Shown here in pieces: positions 1-8,295 of a stretch of DNA of 35,681 nucleotides; positions within the stretch are counted from its first letter, which is position 1; the number at the start of each line of letters is the position of its first letter. A program made the position numbers and the translations under genes. The stretch covers positions 1-35,681 of the forward strand of contig SKTJ01000079.1 of assembly GCA_007122565.1 (NCBI GenBank), written 5' to 3'. Source of the stretch: Syntrophomonadaceae bacterium (GTDB lineage: Bacteria > Bacillota > Dethiobacteria > DTU022 > UBA8154). Below the pieces are notes generated by a model. That model had not been told where the DNA came from and did no database searches. It saw only the letters and a program-made list of their open reading frames with translations.

Positions 1-816
1 ATTCATAACGGGCTGGGCCAGTCCAGTGCCAATACGGGTAGTGCCAATGCCTACGTGAATTATGTTACTGATGCTACCGCTGGATTCTTCAGTGTGGAAG
101 GCACTTTTGTAATCCAGTCGGCTGTAACCGGCAAGGAAGGGCAAATCACTTTTATTGGGAATGAAGGGATCCTTAACGCCCTCAGTTTGACAACGATTCA
201 GGATTCCAAGGAGAATCAGTTTAGCATTAACGTAAGTGATGCCCACACCGGTGATGCAGTGGCCACAAACGTGAGCGTCTCCGGCAACCTGCTGGTTGGA
301 GTGGTTCACCCTAACGTGGATGTTAAGTTCAACCCCATGGTTGGTATGACAGTGGGCCTGGATACCGGTGCGTTCACCTGGACCGGCGGCGCATCCTCAG
401 ATATTTTCGTCCATCTGGCCGACAACTCCATGGTTTTCCAGATCGGCGCCAACCCGTTGCAGGACGTGGGAGCAGCCATCGGGGATATGCGTGCAGATGC
501 CCTTGGTGTGGATAATATCATTGTCACCAACCGTGAAGCGGCCAACCGGGCCATCAGCCAGGTTGACCGTGCCATTGAGCGCGTCTCTGCTGAGCGTTCC
601 AAGCTCGGTGCAGTACAGAACAGGTTGGAGCACACCATCGCCAACCTGCAGGTTGCTTCCGAGAACCTGACCGCTGCCGAGTCCCGTATCCGCGACCTGG
701 ATATGGCGGCTGAGATGATGAACTTCACCAAGAACCAGATCATGATGCAGGCCGGAACAGCCATGCTGGCCCAGGCCAACATGAAGCCCCAGACCATCCT
801 GCAACTGCTGGGATAA
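1..816 (+). CDS. fliC: Flagellin, C-terminal part (5' end lies upstream of the window)
   Basis: Frame 1 is open from nt 1; the track start at 55 is only the first in-frame GTG. Conserved flagellin C-terminus: LGAVQNRLEHTIANL...AESRIRDLDMAAEMMNFTKNQIMMQAGTAMLAQANMKPQTILQLLG. A terminator hairpin follows. Confidence 0.9.
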   Translation: MHNGLGQSSANTGSANAYVNYVTDATAGFFSVEGTFVIQSAVTGKEGQITFIGNEGILNALSLTTIQDSKENQFSINVSDAHTGDAVATNVSVSGNLLVGVVHPNVDVKFNPMVGMTVGLDTGAFTWTGGASSDIFVHLADNSMVFQIGANPLQDVGAAIGDMRADALGVDNIIVTNREAANRAISQVDRAIERVSAERSKLGAVQNRLEHTIANLQVASENLTAAESRIRDLDMAAEMMNFTKNQIMMQAGTAMLAQANMKPQTILQLLG

Positions 817-854
817 GCAGTTAAAGGCTTGAAGTTAAATTAAGCATAAACAGG

Positions 855-892
855 GAAAAGGGCCGGCTTTTCAAAAGGCCGGTCCTTTTCTT
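855..892 (+). terminator. Rho-independent terminator after flagellin
   Basis: GAAAAGGGCCGG (855-866) pairs with CCGGTCCTTTTC (879-890): 12 bp with one G-U. The loop CTTTTCAAAAGG can pair further. The 3' arm is U-rich and TT follows. Confidence 0.7.
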
Positions 893-943
893 AAAACTAA
901 CAAATGTAACCGGATATATGGGAAGAGCAGGAGGTGATCCCCG

Positions 944-1132
944 GTGATCAGCAGTATAGCTTCCCTTGCCTCCGCCATGCAGCAGGAAAAGGTGCAGGCA
1001 GAAGCTGGCGCCCGCGTGGCCAGGATGGGCCTGGACACAGCCAAAGCCCAGGGCGACGCCCTGGTGCGGATGATCGAAATGCAAAAGGAGATCTATGCCC
1101 ACCTGGGAAGCAGTGTGAACACGTGGGTGTAA
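944..1132 (+). CDS. YjfB-like putative motility protein (62 aa)
   Basis: GTG start 8 nt after AGGAGGTG. The pattern ASAMQQEKVQ...LDTAKAQGDALVRMIE...HLGSSVN resembles the small YjfB_motility family. Located next to flagellin. Confidence 0.6.
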   Translation: MISSIASLASAMQQEKVQAEAGARVARMGLDTAKAQGDALVRMIEMQKEIYAHLGSSVNTWV

Positions 1133-1191
1133 AAGATAATGAAGAAGAATGTTTTCAAAGCCCTCATTGCCGGAGGGTTTTGTTTTTCCCG

Positions 1192-1228
1192 GAAATGCGA
1201 CAGGGGACGGTTCTCGCTGTCGCATTTC
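1192..1228 (+). repeat. Repeat family D copy 1: 12-bp perfect hairpin GAAATGCGACAG / CTGTCGCATTTC with 13-nt loop GGGACGGTTCTCG
   Basis: Read directly. An inverted copy lies at 20641-20673, whose loop is the reverse complement with one mismatch. Confidence 0.85.
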
Positions 1229-1342
1229 TTCGGAGCTCTTCATTTTTCCAGGAGAAATGCCGACAATTATTGTAGGTGCTTTTGATTGGGGATGATATGG
1301 GAGCAAGTTTGTTTTAATGATGAGCATAAGGGGTGTTTAAAT

Positions 1343-1930
1343 GTGAAGATTATTTTGGACGGAGTGGAAATGACCTATGACAAAGATGTGGAACAAAAAA
1401 TTGACGCTTCCATGAAACAGGAAAACCGGGTGATCCGTTCCCTTACGGTGAATGACATCGACATGCTAAATGCGTCCCTTTCAGAAGTATTGGCGGAGCC
1501 GGCGGAGGGGAAAGTGGTGAAAATTGAAACATGCCCGGCAGAGGAGCTTTTGTGGGAGGCCATGCGTGATGCGCGGCAGTATATTCCGAAACTGCAGGAA
1601 GGGTTGCCCCTAATCCGGGTACGGCTGCTGGAGGGCAGTGTAAATGCGGTTTATAACATGGTAGATGCAGCGCTGGAAGGCCTGGAGTGGCTGGGGTTGA
1701 CCTTTCAGGCATTTATGAGCCAGGGGGAATCGCCCCAGTTGGAGGAGATATTTACCCGGGAGTATGGCCGCTTCAGCAGTATCCTTAAAGAATTGGAGAT
1801 CGCGCTGCGCGCAAACAGGTTAGAGGCGGCCTGCGAGATCTTTGAGCAGCAGGTGGCCCCGTTCCTGGACAAACTCCTTTCCCTGGCTGATGAAATAATG
1901 GAGGAAGCTCCTGCCAAAGAAAAAAAGTAA
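1343..1930 (+). CDS. Hypothetical protein in late flagellar gene block (about 195 aa)
   Basis: Long ORF (track 1286..1930). Preferred start is GTG 1343, 7 nt after AAGGGGTG; ATG 1370 is also possible. I recognise no family. The C-terminal half looks helical and acidic. Confidence 0.55.
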   Translation: MKIILDGVEMTYDKDVEQKIDASMKQENRVIRSLTVNDIDMLNASLSEVLAEPAEGKVVKIETCPAEELLWEAMRDARQYIPKLQEGLPLIRVRLLEGSVNAVYNMVDAALEGLEWLGLTFQAFMSQGESPQLEEIFTREYGRFSSILKELEIALRANRLEAACEIFEQQVAPFLDKLLSLADEIMEEAPAKEKK

Positions 1931-1942
1931 GGGAATGAATGG

Positions 1943-1969
1943 TTTATTATTACAAAAAATTGCCGATAT
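1943..1969 (+). promoter_or_regulatory. Candidate sigma-28 (SigD/FliA) promoter upstream of flaG-fliD-fliS
   Basis: Perfect -10 GCCGATAT at 1962-1969. The -35 at the N15 position is TTTA rather than TAAA, so it is weak. Confidence 0.45.
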
Positions 1970-2059
1970 GCTAGTTAAGAATAGTATTTTTTGCATGAGG
2001 TTTTACGGAGGTAATACCTGGACGGATCCGCTATTTTGGCGAAAGGAGGTTGAGATGGC

Positions 2060-2440
2060 GTGAAAGTAGACGGTGTTGATCCGATTCAGTTAAACAAGGT
2101 TACGGAATTTACCCAGAAAGCAGTCGTTCAGGAGGGCCAGCGTCAAGATCCGAAGCGGGAGCAGCAGGAACGGGTGCTGGGGCGGGAGCAGCAGGTCGTT
2201 GAGTGGGACGGCAGCAATATTGAGGAATTGGATGGGGCGATCCAGCAGATGAACCAGGCTGCGGAAGCCTTAAATGTGGAACTGCGTTTTAGCATCCACG
2301 AGGGGACGGAGCGGATCATGGTTCAGGTAGTGGATAAGCAGAGCCAGAAGGTCATCCGGGAGATGCCACCGGAGCGGGTGCTTAACATGGTGGCACAGAT
2401 TCAAAATATGATCGGCTTTTTTGTGGATTCCCGCCGTTAA
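2060..2440 (+). CDS. flaG: Flagellar protein FlaG
   Basis: C-terminal FlaG signature LRFSIHEGTERIMVQVVDKQSQKVIREMPPERVLNM. GTG start follows AAAGGAGG. Confidence 0.85.
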   Translation: MKVDGVDPIQLNKVTEFTQKAVVQEGQRQDPKREQQERVLGREQQVVEWDGSNIEELDGAIQQMNQAAEALNVELRFSIHEGTERIMVQVVDKQSQKVIREMPPERVLNMVAQIQNMIGFFVDSRR

Positions 2441-2464
2441 TGCTTTCTTGAGGAGTGCTAGTAT

Positions 2465-3973
2465 ATGTCACGTATCACTTTTGGTGGACTTGCGTCTGGG
2501 CTGGATACAAATGCCCTGATCGACCAACTGGTCCAATTGGAACGTGCGCCTATTATACGTAAGGAAAAACGCATCGAGGAGCTGGGCAAGGTGAGGGATG
2601 CCTGGCGCGATATTAATATGCGTCTTATGCATCTGCGGGAAAGTCTGCAGGGATTATTGAAAAAAGATAACTTTCGCTCCATGCAGGCCAAGTCCACCGA
2701 TGATTCCTTTGTTTCAGCAAAAGCGGGAAGCGAGGCAGCTCCGGCCACTTATGAAGTGCAGGTAAGCGAAGTGGCCACTCATCATACCGTGGCCATGCAA
2801 AGCGATCTCCAAACCATGCTGGACAAGGGTGTGGGCGAAGCCCTGGGCCTGTCAGGAACTTTCACTTTGAAAAACCTGACGGCAGACGGCGGCGAGGATG
2901 TGGAGATCGTAGTTAAGGCCACCGATTCGCTGATGGCTGTTAAAAAAAAGATCAATGATGCCGACGCCGGAGTTACTGCCTCTGTCTTCGCCGGACACCT
3001 GATGCTGAAAAGTGATATGTCCGGCACTGCAAATGAGATTGTTCTTTCTCATAAGGCCGATTCGGGGGACGATGTTTTGGACATCCTGGGCATTTATAAT
3101 ACTGATGAATCAACCTTCCATAACGAAACTGTAGCGGTGCAGGATGCCCGCTTCAGCGTTAATGGGATCAATTTTGTCCGCTCCAGCAATGCGGTGGATG
3201 ACCTGGTTGATCATGTGACTTTTAATATTAACGGGGAAACGACTGCCCCCGTTTTTGTGCAGGTGGGGGCTGATATTGAACGGGCTGTTGAGGCCATGAC
3301 CGCTTTTGTGGAGCAGTACAATTCGGTTAACGATTTTGTCCGGGAAAAGCTGGAGCGTCCCGACTCCGAAACTAAAGGGTCGACCCGCGGCCTGCTCCAG
3401 GGCGATACCACCCTGATGAAGATCGAGCGGTCTTTACGCACCATGATCAATTCGCCTGTATCCAATTCCCGCTATCAGGATGAAGAGGGTAACTGGCAAC
3501 AGAAGAAATTTCATTCCCTATCCAGCCTGGGAGTGATGACCGTTGATAAAGAGGGATACCTGCAATTAAACGAGAACATGCTGGCGACAGCGCTGCAGGA
3601 GGATCCGGAAAGCGTGTTTTCTGTTATGCAGTATGAACTTAAAGATGAAAACGGGTTTGGGACAGGTCAGTTCAGCGGGGTGGCCATGGAACTGGACAAC
3701 TATCTGAAAAGGCTGCTGGTCACAGATCAGGACAGCCAGGGCAGGCCCCTGCGGCCTATTGCAGCGCAGCGGGAGGCAGCGACGCAGCAGCGTATCGAAG
3801 ATCTTTATCGCCGTATCGAAGTACGGGAGGTGCGCCTCTTGCGCTACGAGGAGCGGCTGGTGCGACAGTTTACCGCTATGGAGCGTTATATTTCCACCAT
3901 GCAGTCGCAAAGCCAGGAACTGGACAATATGATCGGGCAATTGGCGGGCTTTGGCGGCAACCAGAAAAAGTGA
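2465..3973 (+). CDS. fliD: Flagellar filament cap protein FliD (hook-associated protein 2)
   Basis: N-terminus MSRITFGGLASGLDTNALIDQLVQLERAPI. C-terminal coiled coil with ERYISTMQSQSQELDNM. 502 aa. Confidence 0.95.
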   Translation: MSRITFGGLASGLDTNALIDQLVQLERAPIIRKEKRIEELGKVRDAWRDINMRLMHLRESLQGLLKKDNFRSMQAKSTDDSFVSAKAGSEAAPATYEVQVSEVATHHTVAMQSDLQTMLDKGVGEALGLSGTFTLKNLTADGGEDVEIVVKATDSLMAVKKKINDADAGVTASVFAGHLMLKSDMSGTANEIVLSHKADSGDDVLDILGIYNTDESTFHNETVAVQDARFSVNGINFVRSSNAVDDLVDHVTFNINGETTAPVFVQVGADIERAVEAMTAFVEQYNSVNDFVREKLERPDSETKGSTRGLLQGDTTLMKIERSLRTMINSPVSNSRYQDEEGNWQQKKFHSLSSLGVMTVDKEGYLQLNENMLATALQEDPESVFSVMQYELKDENGFGTGQFSGVAMELDNYLKRLLVTDQDSQGRPLRPIAAQREAATQQRIEDLYRRIEVREVRLLRYEERLVRQFTAMERYISTMQSQSQELDNMIGQLAGFGGNQKK

Positions 3974-4060
3974 CATTAATCCGTATTAAAAATATGCAGA
4001 ACAACGCGTTAGCTGCTGCAAGTGAGGCAGTGCCGCGGTTTGGAAAGGAGTGTTATCCCA

Positions 4061-4600
4061 TTGGGGGTTAACCCGTATGCTCTGTACCAGAGAACGCAGG
4101 TGGAAACAGCGGATCAGGGAAAGCTCCTGCTTATGCTCTATGAAGGAGCGTTGCGCTTTTTAGGGCAGGCACGCATTGCCCTGCAGGAGAATAATGGAGA
4201 AGAAGCGAACAACAGCCTGGTACGTGCACAGGAGATCATTGCCGAATTGATGGCCTCCCTCGATCTTGAGGCCGGCGATGTGGCTGTCTCTCTTTTCCGA
4301 CTTTACGAATATATGCACTATCAAATGGTACAGGCCAATATTAAGAAAGAAGCCCCATTACTGGATCAGGTTGAGGCTATGCTGATCGAATTGAAAGAGG
4401 CTTGGAGCAATGCCCTGGGGGGAGGCAATGTGCCCCTTGAAAAACGGGAAGGGGAAACATCCGTAGGACCAACCCCTGCTTCGGATGGGGATCTTCAGTG
4501 GAAAGAAGAAAAGAGTGGCGCTTTTTCCGGCTACAGGCCGGGATTGCGGGAGCAGGAAGTGCTGAAAAAAGGATACAAGCGGGTGAATATTAGTGGTTGA
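4061..4600 (+). CDS. fliS: Flagellin-specific chaperone FliS with about 55-aa C-terminal extension
   Basis: NPYALYQRTQVETADQGKLLLMLYEGALRFL is a typical FliS N-terminus. Preferred start is TTG 4061 after GGAAAGGAG (track start 4022). Confidence 0.88.
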   Translation: MGVNPYALYQRTQVETADQGKLLLMLYEGALRFLGQARIALQENNGEEANNSLVRAQEIIAELMASLDLEAGDVAVSLFRLYEYMHYQMVQANIKKEAPLLDQVEAMLIELKEAWSNALGGGNVPLEKREGETSVGPTPASDGDLQWKEEKSGAFSGYRPGLREQEVLKKGYKRVNISG

Positions 4601-4961
4601 GGCAAATCTGCAAGTACTTGAGTCGCTGCTGGTGCGGGAAGAGGAAATTCTGCAGCAGTTGCCCGCATTGCACTCCGGTACTGAATTGGACAGGCTGCTG
4701 GATGAACTTTCGGGGAGCCTGCAGCGATTCCAGTGCTTACTGGTGCAGCTCCGGGAGGCGGATCCTGGCAGCGCGGACAAATCTAGCCTGGGGCGCTTGC
4801 AAAGGCTGAAACAGAAGCGGGAACGGAATGTTGCCTCTTTGCAGGAAATACTCCAGTCTGACGGCGAAAAAATGGCTGCCCTCCAGGCTGAAAAAAAAAC
4901 CCTTAATCTATACCGTCCCGCAAGGCCAAAAGAGCCCCGCCTGCTGGACGATGAAAGATAG
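4593..4961 (+). CDS. Hypothetical helical protein in the fliT position (possible FliT/FlgN-like export chaperone)
   Basis: GTG start overlaps the fliS stop by 8 nt. 122 aa, helical, rich in L, E and Q. Sits in the fliD-fliS-fliT position seen in Bacillus. No direct motif match. Confidence 0.5.
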   Translation: MVEANLQVLESLLVREEEILQQLPALHSGTELDRLLDELSGSLQRFQCLLVQLREADPGSADKSSLGRLQRLKQKRERNVASLQEILQSDGEKMAALQAEKKTLNLYRPARPKEPRLLDDER

Positions 4962-5014
4962 TCTAAGCTCGAATGCCGGAAGTAAAAGTCGATTTCACGG
5001 ATGAAATGATACAC

Positions 5015-5052
5015 AAGCCGGATGCTTGTCGCCCCGGCTTTTTATTTTTTTT
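5015..5052 (+). terminator. Rho-independent terminator ending the late-gene block
   Basis: AAGCCGG (5015-5021) pairs with CCGGCTT (5034-5040). A T-rich run TTTTTATTTTTTTT follows. Confidence 0.75.
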
Positions 5053-5162
5053 AATTATTCCGCAAAATGTGCAGGAATTGGTTTTAATTTAGCGAAAGTT
5101 ATCTTAACATTGTACTCCAAGAAGAGGAAGATCAGGGGAAGAAAGGAAAAGGAGGGCTAGTC

Positions 5163-5555
5163 ATGCTCTGGAATGAACCGGTGATGCAGGGTCTGACCCG
5201 GGGCCTCGATGTGGCGGCTTTGCGCCAGAAGGTTACTGCCAACAACATTGCCAATTTGAATACACCGGGATTCAAACGGTCTTATGTGCTTTTTGGTGAA
5301 GAAATGGATAAGGCCCGCGCTAAACTGCCCCTTGCCCGGACAAACACCCGCCACTACGTGGGCCGTCCCGGGGAGACGGACCCCCGGGTGCAAACGGAAA
5401 GCCATACCTCGCGGCGCAGCGATGGGAACAACGTGGATCTGGACCAGGAAATGTTGGATATGGTGACCAACCAGTTGCGTTACAATGCCCTTATTCAGAC
5501 CACAGGCGGCCGCCTCGCGGCGTGGCGTTATGTTATTAACGAAGGGAGGGCTTAA
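5163..5555 (+). CDS. flgB: Flagellar basal-body rod protein FlgB
   Basis: ANNIANLNTPGFK motif, and C-terminal DLDQEMLDMVTNQLRYNALIQ. Confidence 0.95.
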   Translation: MLWNEPVMQGLTRGLDVAALRQKVTANNIANLNTPGFKRSYVLFGEEMDKARAKLPLARTNTRHYVGRPGETDPRVQTESHTSRRSDGNNVDLDQEMLDMVTNQLRYNALIQTTGGRLAAWRYVINEGRA

Positions 5556-5557
5556 AG

Positions 5558-5983
5558 ATGGAGCTTTTTCGTTCATTCCACATTAGTGGCTCGGCACTTA
5601 CTGCAGAAAAGTTGCGTGTTGATACGGTGGCAAGCAACCTGGCCAATATGCAAACAACCCGCACGGCAGCAGGGGGCCCGTACCAACGCAAGACTGTAAT
5701 CTTTGCCGAAAGGCTGGCGCAGGTACGCAGTATGCCACCGGCGTATCGTGGGTACGGCGTGCGTGTTGCTAATGTGGTGGATGATCCCAACCCGCCGCGC
5801 CTGGAATTTGATCCCGAACATCCCGATGCGAACGAGGAGGGTTTTGTGGCCTACCCGAATATTGATATGGCTAAAGAAATGACCGATTTGATCACCGCAT
5901 CCCGTTCCTACGAAGCCAACACCACGGCGGTCAATACTGCCAAGAGTATCTATCTCAAGGCGCTGGAGATCGGGCGCGGGTAA
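5558..5983 (+). CDS. flgC: Flagellar basal-body rod protein FlgC
   Basis: SGSALTAEKLRVDTVASNLANMQTT, and C-terminal MAKEMTDLITASRSYEANTTAVNTAKSIYLKALEIGR. Confidence 0.95.
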   Translation: MELFRSFHISGSALTAEKLRVDTVASNLANMQTTRTAAGGPYQRKTVIFAERLAQVRSMPPAYRGYGVRVANVVDDPNPPRLEFDPEHPDANEEGFVAYPNIDMAKEMTDLITASRSYEANTTAVNTAKSIYLKALEIGRG

Positions 5984-6109
5984 AATGCAAAAAACAAGTT
6001 GGAAAGGTTGGAAAGTTGGATAGGAAAAGATAAATCGGAAAAGCCGAACATTCCAGCCATTTTCATTGTCTGATGGTGCCGGCACTGCAGGTGTTGGCAT
6101 GGGGGTCTA
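5983..6109 (+). repeat. Repeat family C copy 1 (flgC-fliE gap)
   Basis: AAAACAAGTTGGAAAGGTTGGAAAGTTGGATAGGAAAAGATAAA...GAACATTCCAGCCATTTTCATTGTCTGATGGTGCCGGCACTGCAGG...GGCATGGGGGTCTA. Aligns with 33384-33520 and 35311-35441. Confidence 0.9.
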
Positions 6110-6126
6110 ACTGTTTTTAAGGGGGG

Positions 6127-6432
6127 ATGAACATGCAGGTTAATCCTTTTGTGGCACCGCTTCCTGCCCCACTGCAGAAGGGTGGGGAAAAAGAGAGTGG
6201 CATCAGCAGTGGTTTTAATTTTGCGGATCTTTTAACAGATGCTCTTGCTAAAGCCAACCGCGAGCAGGTGAATGCTGCGGAGGCGGCAGAAGGACTGGTC
6301 TCGGGAAACATTGAGGACCTGCACCAGTTGATGCTTGTGACGGAGCAGGCAAAGCTTTCTTTGCATTTAACCGTGCAGGTAACGAACAAACTGATTGATG
6401 CTTACCGTGAAATATCCCGTATGCAGATCTAA
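6127..6432 (+). CDS. fliE: Flagellar hook-basal body complex protein FliE
   Basis: FADLLTDALAKANREQ...GNIEDLHQLMLVTEQAKLSLHLTVQVTNKLIDAYREISRMQI. ATG 6133 is an alternative start. Confidence 0.9.
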   Translation: MNMQVNPFVAPLPAPLQKGGEKESGISSGFNFADLLTDALAKANREQVNAAEAAEGLVSGNIEDLHQLMLVTEQAKLSLHLTVQVTNKLIDAYREISRMQI

Positions 6433-6442
6433 CCTTTTTATG

Positions 6443-6653
6443 AGTAACAACTCAGCACTCTTGAAAATAGCATCAAGGGGTTCAGGATTACCTGTGAGTA
6501 ACCGTTCAGGCTCGATTAAAAGGCTTTGCCGGACCGGGGTTTCCACATGCTACGTGTTTGAGCGCAGCGAGTTTAGCATGTGTGCCGGGTCGGCAAAGGC
6601 AACCACTGTATCATTAACTTGAGACTGCGGTTTCGAACAGGTATCCTGAACCC
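6443..6653 (+). repeat. Composite structured element in the fliE-fliF gap (family A + long inner hairpin + family B)
   Basis: Outer stem: 6478-6494 GGGTTCAGGATTACCTG pairs with 6638-6653 CAGGTATCCTGAACCC (16 bp, 1 bulge). Inner imperfect hairpin 6522-6600: CTTTGCCG/CGGCAAAG, CCGG/CCGG, CACATGCTA/TAGCATGTG. The left part recurs at 20508-20557 and the right part at 35494-35527. Confidence 0.85.
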
Positions 6654-6698
6654 TGCTGCAAATTATATCTGATTAGTAATTTTTATGAGGTGCTATTG

Positions 6699-8264
6699 AT
6701 GGCAGAGGATAAAGGTATATCTCTAGATGGTTTGCAGGAGCGCTGGCAGGGGATCGGACGGACCCGTCAGCTTGTTGTGATTATAATCACTGCTGCCCTT
6801 TTTGTCTCTATGCTGTTGATCCTGTTCACGCCGCAAAGAACAGAATATGTAACGCTCTACCGCAACCTTGATCCGGCCCAGGCGTCTCCCCTTGTCCAGT
6901 ACCTGCGGGAGCGGGGGGTGGCCTATCGTCTGGAGGATTTCGGCACAACGATTCAAGTGTCGGCGGATCATGTGGATGAATTGCGTATTGAGATGGCCGG
7001 TCAGGATATGCCTTTTGCACAGGGGTTGGGTTTTGAACTTTTTGATGAGGATCAGCTGGGGATCACCGATTTCGAGCGGCAGGTTAAGCTGCAGCGCGCT
7101 CTGCAGGAGGAATTGCGGCGTACCATTACTTCACTTGATGCTATTACGCAGGCCCGGGTGCATCTGGCCATTCCGGAGCCCCGTGTTTTTCTCAGTGAAC
7201 GGGGCAGCCCCTCGGCAGCCATAACTTTGACACTCAATGCCTTTGTGCCCATCAGGGAAGAGCAGGTAAGGGGCATTGTTTACCTTGTGGCCTCCAGCGT
7301 GGAGGGCCTGAAAGCGGAGAATATAGTGATTATCGATACCCAGGGCAACGTGCTCCATGATGCTCTCAGCAGCACGGATCCGGTGATGGCCATGGCTGAC
7401 TCAACATTAAAACAATTGGAGATCAAACGGGCCTTTGAGATGGAGTTGGAACGGCGTGTTCAGCGTATGCTGGAACAGGTTTTTGGACCGGGTAAAGCCC
7501 TGGCCCTGATCACCGCTGAGATGGACTTTGATGCCCGGGAAACAACGATTATTACCTATGACGAACAGGGAGTGCCCCGCAGCACCCAGGTGATCGAGGA
7601 AGAGTTTGAAGGAACGGGACCGGTAATGGGTGAAGTGGGAGAGGCAAATTATCCCGGGTATGTAGGTGCGACCCCCGGCGGCGACAGCAGGTATGAACGG
7701 AGTGAAGAGATTATCAATTACGAAATCAGCGAGAGCAGCGAGCGGGTGATTGCAGCTCCCGGGAAGTTGCTCAATTTACATACTTCCGTGGTGGTGGATA
7801 CGGGAGAAAACCGGGTCACTGCGGAGGAGATAGAACAGGTAAGCCTCCTGATTACCTCCGCTATTGGTTATGATGCCCAGCGTGGAGACCAGATCAGCGT
7901 GCAGGGAATGAGCTTTGATACCACATATGCGGATGAGATGAAGGCTACTCTGGCCGATCTGGATGCCAGGCAGCGTCAGGAGGAGATGTTCCAGCTTGCT
8001 GTACTCGGTGCTGCCGCCTTATTTGCCTTGATCGTTATTATTGTAGTTTTGCGGCGCCGGCGTCGTATGCGGGAGCAGTTGCTTGTCCCCGCGGCCGCCG
8101 GTGCAAGTTTGGATGAGCTGCTGGCGTCCGGTTTGGCGGCAGAGGATAGTTCCATTTCGGATATTCCCCCGGGGGAAACACCGCTGGGCCGTGCCCGCAA
8201 ACTTGTGGAGGAAAACCCCGACATTGCCATATCAGTATTTCGTACCTGGATTATTGAAGAGTAG
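6699..8264 (+). CDS. fliF: Flagellar M-ring protein FliF
   Basis: About 520 aa with an N-terminal TM segment, a central YscJ/FliF-like region (ITQARVHLAIPEPRVFLSE) and a second TM segment near the C-terminus. Track start is 6690; ATG 6699 is preferred. Confidence 0.95.
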   Translation: MAEDKGISLDGLQERWQGIGRTRQLVVIIITAALFVSMLLILFTPQRTEYVTLYRNLDPAQASPLVQYLRERGVAYRLEDFGTTIQVSADHVDELRIEMAGQDMPFAQGLGFELFDEDQLGITDFERQVKLQRALQEELRRTITSLDAITQARVHLAIPEPRVFLSERGSPSAAITLTLNAFVPIREEQVRGIVYLVASSVEGLKAENIVIIDTQGNVLHDALSSTDPVMAMADSTLKQLEIKRAFEMELERRVQRMLEQVFGPGKALALITAEMDFDARETTIITYDEQGVPRSTQVIEEEFEGTGPVMGEVGEANYPGYVGATPGGDSRYERSEEIINYEISESSERVIAAPGKLLNLHTSVVVDTGENRVTAEEIEQVSLLITSAIGYDAQRGDQISVQGMSFDTTYADEMKATLADLDARQRQEEMFQLAVLGAAALFALIVIIVVLRRRRRMREQLLVPAAAGASLDELLASGLAAEDSSISDIPPGETPLGRARKLVEENPDIAISVFRTWIIEE

Positions 8265-8295
8265 AATCTTAGACTAATTCAAAGGAGGCTTTTAC

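Noticed and set aside
934-1275. 113-aa + strand ORF overlapping the yjfB-like gene in another frame
   Set aside because: It is rich in R, G and P, runs through the family D hairpin and has no RBS. The 62-aa frame has both an RBS and a family-like pattern.
4358-5014. 218-aa minus-strand ORF overlapping the fliS 3' end and the fliT-position ORF
   Set aside because: Its composition is rich in S, R and C, typical of an antisense shadow frame. It has no RBS or recognisable domain and lies fully opposite well-supported + strand genes.
5573-6100. 175-aa minus-strand ORF opposite flgC, running into repeat family C copy 1
   Set aside because: It is antisense to a confidently identified flgC, and its N-terminal part is encoded by the repeat. 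Equivalent frames in the other two repeat copies are broken by indels that are not multiples of 3.
6395-6622. 75-aa + strand ORF spanning the fliE end and the structured fliE-fliF element
   Set aside because: It starts inside fliE in another frame. Most of it is encoded by the two arms of a long hairpin and by repeat modules whose other copies do not preserve the frame.
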